A stretch of 64,000 nucleotides of DNA from NCBI RefSeq assembly GCF_902652985.1, contig NC_047015.1:56296001-56360000 (forward strand), given 5' to 3'. The DNA comes from Pecten maximus. Taxonomy: Eukaryota. Shown in pieces: positions 49,641 to 63,641 of the stretch; the stretch's first letter is position 1, and each line of letters opens with the position of its first letter. The position numbers and the translations under genes are program-made. Under the pieces are notes generated by a model. That model saw nothing but the letters and a program-made list of their open reading frames with translations. It did not search any database and was not told the DNA's origin.

Positions 49641-52227
49641 ATTAAAAATAGAGATATCTGTGTAAACACATGTAATGTATTGGGAAATTCTTGTTAAGGG
49701 CGACAATCCTCGAGTATTACCTCCCTTGCCAAAATAATATAAAGCGATTTATCTATGCCATATAAGAGTGCGTGATAAGGCACTTGTGTTGTTGAAAAAT
49801 TATCACAGATTTTTCTTTTGTTTCCTAGTGTCAACAGTTAAAGGGACAGATATGTGCTTTTAATCATCAAGGTGTCTATGAATTTTTTTTTTTTTACAAT
49901 TTTCTTTTAAAGTGGCATCAAATAAAATTATGGTCATTTATTTTACTCCAAGCTTTTGTTAATTATCTGATGATGTGTAGACCCACTGGTTTTATTTCCT
50001 TATCTTCCCCTAAAAGTGTCATTATGCTGTCGACATTCGCTTGGTTGCGTTCCGTCGTTCATCCGGGTCGGTAATTATTACACCGATCTGTGTCAACCGC
50101 GTGTTTTAATGGCGAAACGAGGGATCCAAGAACGGTCACGAGAGGAAACACTTTAAATTTCGAGGTACTGCATTAACGTGAATTAAAAGAACTAACTTAA
50201 ATTGAAAATTTAAACAGCATGAAGATAATATAAAAGTCAGATGTGATGACACCCTCGTTATTGGTTAGGTTTGCTGAACCAGACGACGAAACGACAGGTG
50301 CCCGGACGAACACGTGTAGTTCGTCGAAATAGGTTCCGTTGCTATGAAGCTCCTTGCAGTAGGTAGGCCTAAGTCGATTTCTTTTTATCAAAACAATAAT
50401 ACTCTGATTCCATTTTGTTTATGTTATTTATGTGTGGTATAAAGGGCATGTGGGGATATTATAAAACAAATGCAATTTCTATAAACAGAAAGTATGCTTA
50501 AAACATGCCTAGTCATTATTCCTGTTCTTTCACATTTGCTTTTAAGGATGTTCCCTGGGTGAACTCTGAGTGAAATAGATCTATATGTATTCAAGACAAC
50601 ATATAATGTCACTTATCAGGTGTATTTGACAACATCCAGAAATATGTTCTGGATGATTTTTTCAGATGATTCAGATCAGATGATGATATGTTCAGATGAT
50701 TTTTTTTTTATTTGTCACTAATGTGTGAATTCTAAATTGATCATTCAATTTCTTTGCATACATTGAAATAATATGTTATGCATAGCACAATCATAATTGA
50801 AAAAGACAGGCATATTATAGTACTAAAACCAACAAAAATGGGAGCTCTGCTGTATTTACATCCAACAAATAATTTAGTACATATATACTGAATATTCCAT
50901 TTTTGGTGACTGTGTAAATTGTAAATGCCCGTAGAATATACAGGGACAATACAAATGCACCTGGGTACGTCGCCGATACCATTTAAGTCAAACCACACGG
51001 TGCAAAGTGAAAGTATATAACAAAGACCTAAATCTCGGCGTAATTCTACAAGTAGCCCTGGTATTTTTCTGTTGTGGTTGTCGAAAATCAACAGAAAAAT
51101 GTTTAACTTTGACAATAATTTTTGTCTAATGCAATTTTATCAACCGCTTTTAACGTAAAGAATGCCTTCCCAGCGAGTCACTAATGTAAAGAATCCACTA
51201 ATACATCCAACATGGCCGTCCATTCGGGTATCGTAGTTCGCAAGATCGGAGCCTTATTCGTACATTTAATGATCATTTTAGGCACAAAATGAGGTTATAT
51301 GTGTGAAATACATGCGTATTTGAGTAGGCTATACCTATATTTTATTTGTATTTGAGTGTGTTTGAGTGTATTTGAGTAAAAAGTCAAGCCGCCAGAAAAG
51401 AGACCCGAGAAAGGATATTACAGCGAAACATCTAGGCTAGCTTATATTTAATCCATATAAATTAGTATGGTGTGGCGTTAGCTGTGATCGCTAATTGATA
51501 CGCTGACAGTCATTTACAAAATATGGTACATAGTGATATAGACAATGTAAACTTTTATAGATTTACAATAAATGTAAGTGCAATGTACATCATGGCCGTT
51601 TTCGTTTTTGACAAAGACTCCCAAGGCCTGTATTAACATTTTCAGGTCCGTCAAGATATATGTTTGAAATATTTCATTTAAAAACTGACGAACCGGTTTG
51701 TCCGCATAAACAAACAGGCCCTGTGTTTTAATGATGAGTCCAGTCATGCTTGACTTCCAGACCACTGTCTCATAGAACATGGGTTCAAATCAGATTCACA
51801 ATGGGGACAGTAGTAGTCCACTAAAACTGACCAAAATTGCAGGCTCCAAAATTCTGACTGTAATAGATACGATCATTGTCATTTTTAGCCTACTACAGTA
51901 CCACGACAGGAGATGACACCTGTTGGGTTTGTTGTGTTATCACCAGAGTATTGGTTTTTAGACATAGAAGTGAATTTTCACCAATAAGTATTATGGTAAT
52001 ATGAATTGTAAGACAGATTTTTTTTTTACAATTTCAGAATAAGAACAGCGAATGATGGGTGGACCTTAATTCAGTTTCCCTTGAAATGCTTCAACTGGAC
52101 TATTGGAAATGATGACTCCGTGCTTTGTAATGAAAGGCACAGATCACAGCAAACTCTTGACAATAACCATTTTGAAAGAAAGTGCTGTCTTAAATAATCT
52201 TCACCATGTTCTTGAACAACAAACAGA

Positions 52228-53675
52228 ATGATCTGTTTACTGAAAATTTTCACAAGGAACTTTCTGCAGTGCAAGCAGCTGCATTTCATACAAATTATTT
52301 CAGCCTCCAGAGCTCCTTTTCATAATACTGTAAGTGAATATTGCATTGAAGTACCAAGATGATTTATTTGTGCCAAAAAGAAATTTCTAGTATATATGAA
52401 TTAGTCAGCAGTTGGATTTCCTCATAGGTCACCTGTACATAACAAACACCTCTCTATAAAGGTCACTTGTATATAGCAAAAACCTGTCTATAAAGACCAC
52501 TTTTTTTTTATTCCAGTGAAACACAATTCCTTGCCTACCTCTAAGTCTATGTAAAGTCCACTTTTTCTTTGTGCAAGTCCTTTGAGTGGTCTTTATAGAG
52601 AGGTTTGACTATATTTCACAAACTGCTTTTTCCTCTTTTTCAGTATATGCTTCAAGAACGCCAAAAGGTTTTAGAAACTAACCGCCTGAAAAAGAAGGGA
52701 CATCAGCTTAAATGGAACATGGTAGAAATAGTTAAACATTCCTCAGTTCTCGACTGTAAACCTGAGGATATGTTACGTTTGGCAAAGATCAATGAAAAAA
52801 AATACGGTAACAGCTGGGACCGAACTGTTTCCAAAGTCTACGCACTTAAACAGCATGGATTTTCCGTTCCACAAATGATTGATCATCATCGAATGTTTTC
52901 TCTGGGAAATAAAAAACTGAATACCATTTTAGATATGATTAGAAGTGAACCTTCAGGAATGTACATGCCACCTGTGGAATTTGGTACAAGTGACCGTTGG
53001 CTTTTTCGATATTTTCTCTATGCAAAAAATAACTCAAAAAAGAAACCTATGTCTTGTGTGTATGTTTGGAAACGATCAGTCACAAACAAGGAAAATGTTT
53101 TGAAATTTTTCAAAAGTAAAGGGATTACATTTTCTGAGGAAGATATCGCCAAGTATGACAAAACAGTAAATGGGATCTGTTACGAAAAGTTAGTTGCCCT
53201 TCTTGCACATGCTGCCGAGTTTGGAGTGACAGTTGAGGAACTGGATTTGAAGGAAATTTACAACTTCTGTAATTACAAAAGGATTTTCCCGAAATCTAGA
53301 ACGAAGCTACATTGCAAATTCTACGAATATTTGAAAGACCATCATGTAGATAGTGATTTGAAAGACCTTGTTTTACAGCACGAAGAAGATGTCACAGAAA
53401 ATTTAAAGGTCTTGATGAGTCGTGGATTCAGTTTTGAAGATATTGTCTCTTGCCCTGTAGTAGCTTGTCATTCTCCAGAAATCTTGCTTGTGTATCTAAA
53501 CAGCCTTCATGAACGAAAAGAACTTTGGCCAATGAAAAGGCTGACCACGGATAAGAAAAAAGTGCTAAATATGATACAGTATTATATAGAAAGAAATCAT
53601 AGGTTTAGCATGCAAGTTGTGAAGACAGAATCACATGCTTTCTTATGTTATGAGTTGAATATCTCTTCTCAGTAA
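52228..53675 (+). CDS. mTERF-family, mTerf5-like mitochondrial protein; coding exons 52228-52329 and 52644-53675 (~377 aa)
   Basis: Exon 1 MICLLKIFTRNFLQ... has no acidic residues (transit-peptide-like) and ends at a phase-0 GTAAGT donor. The acceptor tttttcag joins in frame. The C-terminus 'NLKVLMSRGFSFEDIVSCPVV...LNMIQYYIERNHRF' resembles mTerf5 proteins from memory. The CDS is well supported; the family call is less so. Confidence 0.7.
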
Positions 53676-54247
53676 AATTTTGTAATTTTAAAAATGTGTT
53701 TGTTTCAAGATTCACTGCATCACTTACATACACCATCCTTGTTGATACTCCTGGGGTTTCATGCATTGTGAATGTAATCCCTGGAGTACCAAGGATGAAT
53801 TTGTACCTAAATTTTGTTATGGTTTTGTTGTTTTTGAGCTATATGCTGGTTGGATAATCCAAATGTTTCTTGTAGTCAGCCCTTGTCAGATTTTTAAGAG
53901 GCTGATTGGAGAATGGAAGAACTTACATGTATGCCTTGATGCGAGATTGGCCAGTTGAAGCATGTAGTTTATCTTGTGTTTCAAGAAGTACTAGACGGAT
54001 TGTTTCATACCTGTATCAATCTAATTAAAATCTAGATGGTCATTCTTGTTACCTTACATGAACATGTAACGACATCTCATAGTGGGTTACGTCAAGATGA
54101 CCTTTGGAATAACCAATCAAATTATTACTTACAGAATCTTGGAAGTGAATTTCGTATATACGACATAGCATGACTAGGATGTATAGCTTGCATAATCTGT
54201 CAATTTGTTTCAAGTCAGTTCATCCAACGAAGCATATAGCTATATAC

Positions 54248-54468
54248 TTTTGGTTTGTTTGGTTTGTTTTTGTTTTATGTCCTATTAACAGCCAAGGTCA
54301 TTTAAATATGTGCCAGGTTTTGAACGTGGAGGAAAGCTGGAGAAAAACCACCGGCCTACGGGCAGTACCTGGCAACTGTCCCACGTAGGTTTTGAACTCG
54401 CAACCCAGAGGTGGAGGGCTAGTGTTAAAGTGTTGGTACACCTTAACCACTCGGCAACTGCGGCCCCC
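54248..54468 (-). mobile_element. Full-length family A SINE
   Basis: Reverse complement of the family A SINE. TSD ATAGCTATATAC at 54236-47 and 54469-80. Confidence 0.9.
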
Positions 54469-54849
54469 ATAGCTATATACATGCTGTACCGAAATAGTTA
54501 GCTTCAGATGCATGATGTGACGAATGGGTGAGATCAATGACATCAAAAAATTGACAATTCGTCCTGAAAGTGAAATATTGAGAGGAAAAAGGTCACCTTA
54601 ACGTGACCCCTTATGCAATGTTATTAAATGTTCATGTAACTTAGTGTGAATGACCATCTTGATTTTAATTAGATTGTACAACCTGTATGTAGTTCAAAAG
54701 AATTGTGAATTTCGACCATATTTTATATTTCCACATAATATAATTGACTATTTCTAAAAATTGCTTAAAACAAAATATCACAGATCAACTACATGTATCT
54801 GTTGCAAAAGAAAGGATTTCCGGTATTTACTTTATGCATCAATACAACA

Positions 54850-55510
54850 AACAAGCATACAAAGTATTGCTTAAGCAATATATGTAATCTACCTTCTAGC
54901 AATTAAACTCCTTAAATTTACAACTGTTTGAAGTTTAATCCAAATTTCCTCAAGTAAAGAAGCATCTAGAGTTTTGACAAGGATTTTCTAAAATAGTAAT
55001 AGTGACCTTGACCTAATGACCCTGACACTCGAACTTGTCCGAGATATTATCCCTGATAGGATTCTGAAGTTTGATGGAAAAACCCTCAAACACAGCCACT
55101 AGAGTGCTGAAAAGGATTTACTATACAGAAGCAGGTGACCTTGATCTGACCCCAACAATTCTTAATCTCGATCTTGTTGGAGGATAGTATGGTCCTTTAT
55201 CATTGTATGATGTTTGATCAAAATTCCTCAAGGAATGAAGCTACTTGAGTGCTGAGGGATTCTTTTCAAAAACTGTAACATTGACCTTGACCTTGACCTA
55301 ACAACCCTGAAACTTGGAACTTGTTGGAGATGTTAATGGTCCTCTATCATTATATGAAGATGGATTAATATTCCTCTAGGAATAAAGATGCTAGAGCTCC
55401 AACAAGGATTTTCTTTAAAAAAAAGTAATGGTGACCTTGACCTAGACCCAACAACCCTAAAACCAAGTATTGTGTGAAGTCAAAATCCCTCAAGGAATGA
55501 AGCCGCTAGA
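54850..55510. repeat. Degenerate ~140-150-bp tandem repeats with GTGACCTTGA (HINE-like internal array)
   Basis: 'tgaccttga' at ~55002, 55136, 55282 and 55432, with recurring 'cctcaag' and 'ctagag'. Confidence 0.65.
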
Positions 55511-56182
55511 TCAGAGTTTCATTGGTAGATATAGGGGACTAGTGATTTGAATCTTGTTGAGTGAAATATGTAAATATATTTGTATTACTAATTGTAAAAT
55601 TGCATTTTTTTTTCCATTTCTGAATATTAACCTGATGATATCTTCTTTACTTAAGGTAAATTGCAAACATAATGTAAATTCTTTAGCAATGCATGCATAT
55701 CCTCTCAACATCTGTAGAATTCTATGTTTTGTGTCGAACAGTGAACTCAAACATAAGACTACATATAATAGTATTATACAACATTCTTTCAGTATTTTTT
55801 CCCCTAACAACCCACTCCGTCAATAATCTCTAGCAGGACAACGTTTAGAGGGATCTACCAGAAAATTAAAAGGAGACAATTAGTGAAAGTTCTTCCAATT
55901 ATTTATTGTCTGGCCCATAACTTATAAACCATTGAATGTATAAACCATTGAATGTATCTCAATTAAACCTGCAGTAGACCTGCATTTAAGTGAATGACCT
56001 TGACCTCAAGGTCAAAGGTGAAGTAAGTGTAAAATACTACAGTAGTAATTTCTTGTGTAGGCAATAACTTTTAAACTATTAAAGATATCTTAATGGCAGC
56101 TGTTCTACCTTTATTGCCTACTGATTAAGTGCGGTACTCTGTTTCCAACAGAAAGCCATACAGCAAGTCAATAGTGCTCATT

Positions 56183-56248
56183 TGCCTGAGTTTCCTCTGG
56201 CCCTGACACCATGTCTGGTAGGTGTCAAGATCAGAGGAAACTCGGACT
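56183..56248. repeat. ~65-bp hairpin element, copy 1
   Basis: 'gagtttcctctg...tgacacc / ggtgtca...cagaggaaactc'. Confidence 0.75.
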
Positions 56249-56319
56249 ACCGGTAAGTGATCGTCTTGTGTCTTAAGGTTATCACTTGCACAGAGATACG
56301 GGGCCACCATACCTTAGGA

Positions 56320-56530
56320 CAGTTAGAGCACCAGTACAAGCCAGTCTGTACTGTTGTGGTTGTGTCCTTGGGCAAGACACTTTACTCTAATTGCTCTGGA
56401 TGGCATGCAACACGCTTCATGTATGTTGTTCAGTGAGATAGTCACCAACAAATTCAAGGATCATGACCCGCCTCAAAACAACACTGGCTGTTCATGGGAC
56501 GATATACCCAGCAAAAAAAAAACAAAAATA
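56320..56530 (+). mobile_element. CORE-SINE fragment
   Basis: 'ttgtgtccttgggcaagacactttactct' matches the CORE domain; A-rich tail. Confidence 0.7.
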
Positions 56531-59283
56531 AAAATTGTCCTGCAGCCTGCATAATTATTGAAGGTAGATAATCATCATTTAACAATTGCAAATGTATTGT
56601 GTAAACTTCAATAAATATGTTAAAAGTATTTTTTCCTCTGAATATATTTCTGCCATTTACCGTATATTTGACCCCTGAACTTCTATATATAGTAAAGCAG
56701 GAAACTTTACCAATAGTGAGTTTTAAACAATGAGTTTTTAGTCCTCTAATGGACTGCATGTATATTATCAGTTTTTATTTTTGGTTGAAGATGGTATCAC
56801 TTTTCAATACCTGTGTATACATGTACATACAGTATATATAAGTACCGTATACGGTTGGAAATTTTTCATCCTCGCAAAAGCTGAAGTCATATGAAGACAA
56901 TGTTGAGTCCACTCATGCATGCCATTCTAAAGTAATGTGTTGTCACAATGAAATGACATGACATAGCCTGGACATGTCAATTTAATCGGGGAACAAAACT
57001 CGTACATATATGATCTTCAACTTTACTTGAATTGAGCAGGTGCCAGAAGAATTTTTTTTGTCAAGGTGAGATGTTTGGGCATAAAGAAGCAGAGAGAAAT
57101 CAAATACATGAAGTACATGTACATATTGAACAACAAAAGCATAGGTAGTTTTTAATCAATAATTTATTTTTATGATATACATTTCAAAACAAATGACCAT
57201 TCTGTCTATATACAAATGTATTTAATTCTGATCCAATCCTACTAAAGTGATGCCTTGTGTCCTCCACCTCAATGTTTTACATTTATAACTTAAGGGTGTA
57301 TGCTACTAGATCTAATACAAAATATGTTTGTAGAACCAAAAATTGCTGTCCTGGCAAGTAACGCCCAGATGTGACCTTTGACCCCTTGCCTGTCCTCATC
57401 TTAAAGGTGAAGTCATGTTTCATTGGGAATTTCTCAAATTAGAAGTTGATATCCAAACAGAAATTTTGGTAATCTCTGACCCAAAAAAATGACACTGAGA
57501 GTAGAAATTTATGAATGGCAGGTGACAATGAACATATTTATTGTTACAACACACATAATGTGTTTGAAGTTTCATATTAAAATAGTCACTTTTTGGTAAT
57601 ACAATATATAAAAAAAAATCTTAACATCTATTGCACAAGGTTGAAGATTTAAATACATTTAAATTTCAACAATATGAAAATCAAATTTAAATTTATCACC
57701 TGAACACATACTGTACAACAATTATATGCTGCTAGTGACAATATAATGATATGTCAACAGACTGATATTGTTGGATGTGAGTTTCTAAGTCGACTACCTC
57801 GGGCCAGTTTCATCCATTTTCCTTAACTTCAATTTTTCAATAGAAAAGTATATCAGTACTAAAGGAAGGTTCCAGAACTAAAATTTTCCCTTTAAATTCT
57901 GATGCTTTCCTATGAGAAATCTTAATTTAAGTTATGTTGCAGATGAAAGTTGGCCATATTATTCTTTTTCACTGATCCTGTGATGATGTATGTAAAAATA
58001 TAGTGATAAGTTTTACTTCTTTAAATAGAAGCCATCAAATGATTAGTCCAAATTTTCTTTCTATCTATGCAGATAGGTCAGAACTTCTTACATACAGAAA
58101 ACAAGCAATTTTCCCAACCCACCCTCAGGTCAGCATTGATAATTATTTCCCCTGTTCCCTTCAACCTGACACATAAAAGGTATACATAATGTACATTGAT
58201 TAAAATGTAAGACAATATTTTATTAGCTTACATATATATTTAACTCCCTGTTCATCGTTCTCCAAATATTGTTTAAGCCCTGACCTGAGAGTGGGTCAGA
58301 AAAATTGCTTCGTTTTCTGTAGGTAAGAATTCTGATGTTAAATCACCATAAGGCAGCTTTAAAGGCGATACATTAACATATCAGAACCCTTCGGATTATC
58401 ACATGATAAATAGAATTTAAAAGTAAATGTAGTATCATATAAATATTGAATCTGTGTTTTCTGCATAGTACTACTGAATATTGGGGTACATACACATGTA
58501 CTACAACATCACAACCTTTGACATTTAGCAATAGAACTCAAGTCGCAAATCTAAAGGGATATACAATGTACATGTAAAATAGATATGGCCTTAAGCTTGC
58601 AAACATCAGAGTCAAACTCAATTATGGGGAGCGATAGCCATATCTCAAGTGTCAAATGAAATTCTTGTATTATTTAATCAGTATTGCATTGATTGACATA
58701 CATTCCAACACAAATGAATTATCTGCAACCTTGCTTAGATATGAAAAACAAGTGCCATTTATAAATTGTAATAATTTTTACACACGCTTGAAAAATAATA
58801 ACTTGGTAGGACAGACAGTATGATAAGCTGAGAAATCCTGGAAAAATATGTTTGAATTGAAGAAAAAATTCCTCCAAATAGGGATATGGTAAACTGAGCC
58901 ACAAGCTAGTCCTACTGAAGATGAAGTACACAAATTTTCTCTGCATTCACAAATCATATTCATTGTACAAACAAAATTTCAGTGAAAATATAAGATCCCT
59001 GAATTGTTACCGAGGGCAGGCCTAACAAAATAATTGTTACAAATCCTGTTTTTCTTTTTGCAATGAAATTATGGTTCAGATTTAGCATATGGTGTTTTTC
59101 AAAACTGCATTTCAGAATTTCCCCCCATGCTGCCGAAAGTAAGCCAAAAATTTTATGTGGTTTATAAGAGGCACTGAAACCTTGGACAGAAAGAGATTTC
59201 TTTTGTTTGGACTAAAATGTACTTCTTATGTTGGAGTAAATACTATGTACTACACACTTTTAATTAAGCCCTTTCATTCCAAT

Positions 59284-61585
59284 TCATCCTAATCGATGCC
59301 CACCCCCACCCCAGTTATTTCCCCTTGGCTGTCTTGGCCCACCAGGATTGTTCTGTTGTCTCGAACTTTGCTGACTCCAGTTTACAACGAAGAATAAAAC
59401 TGCTGCAAATATAATTCCGGGTAGTCCAAATACCATTAGCGCTATAAGGCAGCCTACTGTTACGATTGGCTGTACAGTGTATTGTCCAAGATTCCAGCTC
59501 GGAATTCCTAATCCCTGTAGCTTCTGATTGGCAATCTCAAATATTGAAACTTGTTGTCCATATTGTTGTTGTCCTGCCTCATCATGACGAACAAATCCCT
59601 AGGAAAAAGAAATATTTACTCATGATAGAATATGATACAACTTCTCTGTAAAAAAATTACATCTTTCAAGTGAAGTAAACCCTGATCCCATGACAATGGT
59701 ACAAAGAGATATAGACCATGGTGACAAATTTAGGGTATCATGTATACAACAAAAGATAGTACATACAATAACTTAGGTCTAAGACTTCTTCTAATCTCTT
59801 TTCTCATTATAGTTGTGAGTACAGTTTCTGTGATTCTAGTTTTTCACTGGACAGGGCCCCAGGGTTCAATCTAGCCTCTTCTTCAATATTTATGGGTAAA
59901 TCTCCCAAGTAGAATTATTTTCCACTTGCCATTAAAATTCCCCATATGACTGGTTCAGTTTTATTTAAGAAAATATTTTCTTTTTTATCAATTATAATGC
60001 CAATAATCTTGAACCTTTAAGCCAGACATCAATTACATAACATTTTTTTTTTACAAAAATAATTCAATATCAAGTCATGAAATTTATTTTGTAACTACAT
60101 ACCAAAAACGCGTCTACTAACAATGTAAGGGAGTAGTGGGGTTGGAGCTCAAAAGGGGGAAAGAAAAGAATTTTCAAATACAGGGAGGTGTTGACTTTCG
60201 TGTATTGTACCAAGATCTAGAGGCTCATCCCAAAATGGAAAAATATCTATGATATAAATATAGACTAGAAAATGTCTGTTCCTTGGTGAGGAACACATCA
60301 GCAGTTCCTGAGGTTAGCTAGTTATATTGCAACGGTACGGGATGAGATAGGCATGGGTAACAATTAGCCTGAGTTTCCTCTGGTCCTGACACCATGTCTG
60401 ATGGTGTCGGGGCCAGAGGAAACTCGGGCTAGAGTAACAATATATGGCCGCCCCCCCCCCCCATTTTTCATGGCGAGGGCATAATTAAATGAGTGTACAT
60501 GTTTTGTCATGGATGCTGAAATACTCAAATAATGTGAGTGATGCAGGCCCTTTGGACCTCTTGTTTTTAATGCTAATATTACTTCATAATTACTTTTCAT
60601 GAACTCAGCTTCACATAATATTTCCGTTAAACCATTTTTTTGTTTGTTTGATTTAGAAAAAGGTAGTTTTTTTAAACAGGAGGCCCAATGGGCCTATATC
60701 GCTCATCTGGCTCTACAGCAACTTTGAAGTTGATTGAGGTCATTTCTACAGATACTATACTGATTACAACTTTATTCAAATATCAGAGTAAGCTAGGTTT
60801 ATTCATGTCAATACATTTTCTAGTCCTTCATTCCAGAATACTATTGGACTAATATCATGTCTCAGTAACCCTTGACCATAGCAAAATCATTGTTTAAAGA
60901 TTAAAGCCTATTTCACCCCTTTGACCTTGAATGTAGGTCAATGTCATTCATTTGAACAAACTTGATAGCCCTTCACCCCAGCATGCTACAGACATGTCCA
61001 GCATCAAGTTCCTGTGCCTTTTGGTTATAATGAAGAAGTTGTTTTAAGATTTTAGCCTATCTGACCAATGTTACCTTGAATGAAGGTCAAGGTCATTTAT
61101 TTGAACAAACTTTGTAGTCCTTCACCCTTGCATGCTACAGACTCAATATCAAGTCCCTATAGCTATGCCTCTTGGTTATTAAGAAGTTGTTTGAAGATTA
61201 TAGCCTAATTGACCCATGTGACCTTGAATGAAGGTCAAGGTTATTTATTTGAACAAACTTGGTAGCCCTTCACCCCAGGATGCTACAGGCATAATATCAT
61301 GTCCCTGCACCTTTTGGTTATTACTTATTAAGAAGAAGTTATTTCAATGAAAAAGTTGACAGGTGGACGATGGACGCCACACCACGGCATAATATTTCGT
61401 GTAAAGATGAAGACAAATTTTCATAACTCTGATGTTAAAGGACACAAATTCAAGAGTTTTAGCAGAATTTAATTTTGTACCTGTCTTTGGCGAGGTTGCT
61501 GAGAATTTGATGAACTGCCAGTTGCAGTGGATGCCCTGGGGTCATTATCGGGAACGATGTCCCCATTGCTTAAAATCTTCACCAT
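59284..61585 (-). CDS. FAM241B: FAM241 family (FAM241B/C10orf35-like, DUF4605) membrane protein; coding exons 61585-61481 and 59598-59284 (139 aa)
   Basis: Hand translation: MVKILSNGDIVPDNDPRA...RQ|GFVRH...SIFEIANQKLQGLGIPSWNLGQYTVQPIVTVGCLIALMVFGLPGIIFAAVLFFVVNWSQ...GGGGHRLG*. This matches the vertebrate pattern MVRILANGEIVQDDDPR / GFPQWHLG. Canonical phase-0 GT-AG intron. Confidence 0.9.
60365..60431. repeat. ~65-bp hairpin element, copy 2
   Basis: 'tagcctgagtttcctctggtcctgacaccat...atggtgtcggggccagaggaaactcgggcta'. Confidence 0.8.
60675..61392 (-). mobile_element. HINE/pearl-type element with ~150-bp internal repeats, in the FAM241 intron
   Basis: Terminal 'aacaggaggcccaatgggcct' palindrome, three 'accttgaatg..ggtcaa..tttgaacaaactt' units and a GGAC microsatellite remnant. 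Confidence 0.75.
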
Positions 61586-61684
61586 CTGCTTTGCTTTGTC
61601 ATCTGAAAATAGAAAGCACGGTTATATACGCATGTATGTCTGTTTTAAAAAAAGCGACGTGGCTCTACTAGGGACGAGGGGTGC

Positions 61685-62456
61685 CAGACGTTTCGCCCCA
61701 ATGTCACAATGTCCCATGCCACAATGTCCCAATTTTTTTTCCTAATGTCCCAAATTTCTGTCACAATGTCCCAAGGAGGGTGTCACAATGTCCCAATGTC
61801 CCAAATTATTTGGGACATTGTGCCTGTCATTACCACAATGTCCCAAAATACCTTGCCACAATGTCCCAAATGTTACCACAATGTCCCAAAAATATTTCTC
61901 ATGTGTTAAATAGATGGAAAGTTGTGAGAGTGAATATCGGAACGTATATATCATGTTTCTTTTTATATATTCTTAAGTTCAACGGGGCATATATATCGGA
62001 ACGTATATATCATGTTTCTTTTTATATTTTATTAAGTACATCAGGATTTATATATCGGAACGTATATATATCATGTTTCTTTTTTTATATATTCTTAAGA
62101 ACAGAACCATAAACAGATAACATCAAAACGAAATATGACATCTTAAATCCATCCGATAAAAAAAATTACATGCCTTAGAAAACCAGTTTTCAAAGTCATA
62201 TGTCCATGGTGTTACCAATATTATCGTAGTAATAGACATTGATAGATGTAGTTATGTGCAATATACCTGAGAAATATTTTTGGGACATTGTGGCAAGGTA
62301 TTTTGGGACATTGTGGTAATGAAAGGCACAATGTCCCAAATAATTTGGGGCATTGTGACACCCTCCTTGGGACATTGTGACAGATATTTGGGACATTAGG
62401 GAAAAAAATTGGGACATTGTGGCATGGGACATTGTGACATTGGGGCGAAACGTCTG
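61685..62456. mobile_element. Foldback-type element with ~200-bp TIRs built of ACAATGTCCC subrepeats
   Basis: CAGACGTTTCGCCCCAATGTC... is mirrored by ...GACATTGGGGCGAAACGTCTG. Three ~60-bp internal repeats 'atatcggaacgtatatatcatgtttc'. Confidence 0.88.
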
Positions 62457-62629
62457 TAACAGACTGATTGATGACATGTCAGCCTACATGTATATTAGTC
62501 CGTCTTTAATGGTGGAGCAACGAATACCCTTTCCTCCATAATCATTATTTCATGTAAGACTAAGAATTTGGATCGCTACATAAATTCAAGATGACAATCA
62601 TTTAATCAAAAGATTACACAATTCTTACT

Positions 62630-62770
62630 AAACCAGATCTTGACGATACGATGTAGGTTGATTCGTCAACGATTTTCCGGAAGTTTACTCTGGATTGATT
62701 TTTGTGACTTTTGACGCAGAAGAGTTCTCATTGAAGAATTTCATTTCCTGATAGCATTTGCGAAACAGGT
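62630..62770. promoter_or_regulatory. Putative bidirectional promoter / first exons
   Basis: CpG-richer patch with ETS-type TTCCGGAAGT (~62674) between two divergent genes. Plus-strand donor CAG|GTAAAA at ~62768. Confidence 0.4.
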
Positions 62771-62943
62771 AAAACGAACATTAATGCCAGGTCATGATTA
62801 TACTTTCTTGTGGTTGATTTCAGCTCTAAATGTGTTAAACAGACGCAAAATATTTCGAATGTTAATATGCGTCTTCTAAAGTGGAATTGTGCGCGGCAAA
62901 CCCAGAGGGGCGTGTCTTGTCTTGAAGCTGGTGTTGTTTTCAG

Positions 62944-63157
62944 CACAGGGGCTCGGTTTTGGAATTTCTGAGTAACATGACAAAACACAAAATCTGGGTT
63001 ATCGATGTAATTTTTTTATACATCGATAACCGCGATTTTTAAAAAAGTTTTTGGAATGTATATGTATACTCAATTTATAGTGTTGTGATTGTTAACTGAT
63101 GTATTTCTTTATATGTCTCTGATATGTTGCTCAGAAATCCGAAACAGAGCCCCTGTG
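62944..63157. mobile_element. Second copy of the hAT-like MITE
   Basis: Same TIRs as 27026-27267. TSD GTTTTCAG at 62936-43 and 63158-65. Confidence 0.9.
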
Positions 63158-63641
63158 GTTTTCAGTACTTGCTGCACTGCAGCTCACTGCCCCAGTGAAG
63201 TCTATTACTTACATATTCTGTATCATGTACATGTGTAGTGTAGACTAAATATATATTCGATACTCGAGTGTACTGGATTTACTTAATTATTTATGTACTA
63301 GATTCTGAAAATGATCAGTATATAGGATTTCTATCATCATTCCAGACGCCAACATGTACAGTTCTAGTCATGTTATATGATCCTTCATAAGCAATAAATA
63401 TTCATCAATATTTGGTGAATGGTCAAAGAGGAATCTCCTAATCAAGTTGTTCCGGCCTTTCGTAGTCTGCCCCCCCTAGTCGTTCTGTCCCCTAATTATA
63501 ATTATGTACATTTTGTACATACACATGTTAGATATGATCTGATATACTGATGTTTACTGATTACTCAACGAAATACTGATGTATTGTCATTAAGGTAAAC
63601 ATGTACAATCACTCTTTATAAATTTGTTAATTTGTAGAAAC

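Noticed and set aside
61681-62477. Cys/His-rich 'CHNVP' repeat proteins
   Set aside because: These are translations of the ACAATGTCCC subrepeats of the foldback TIRs.
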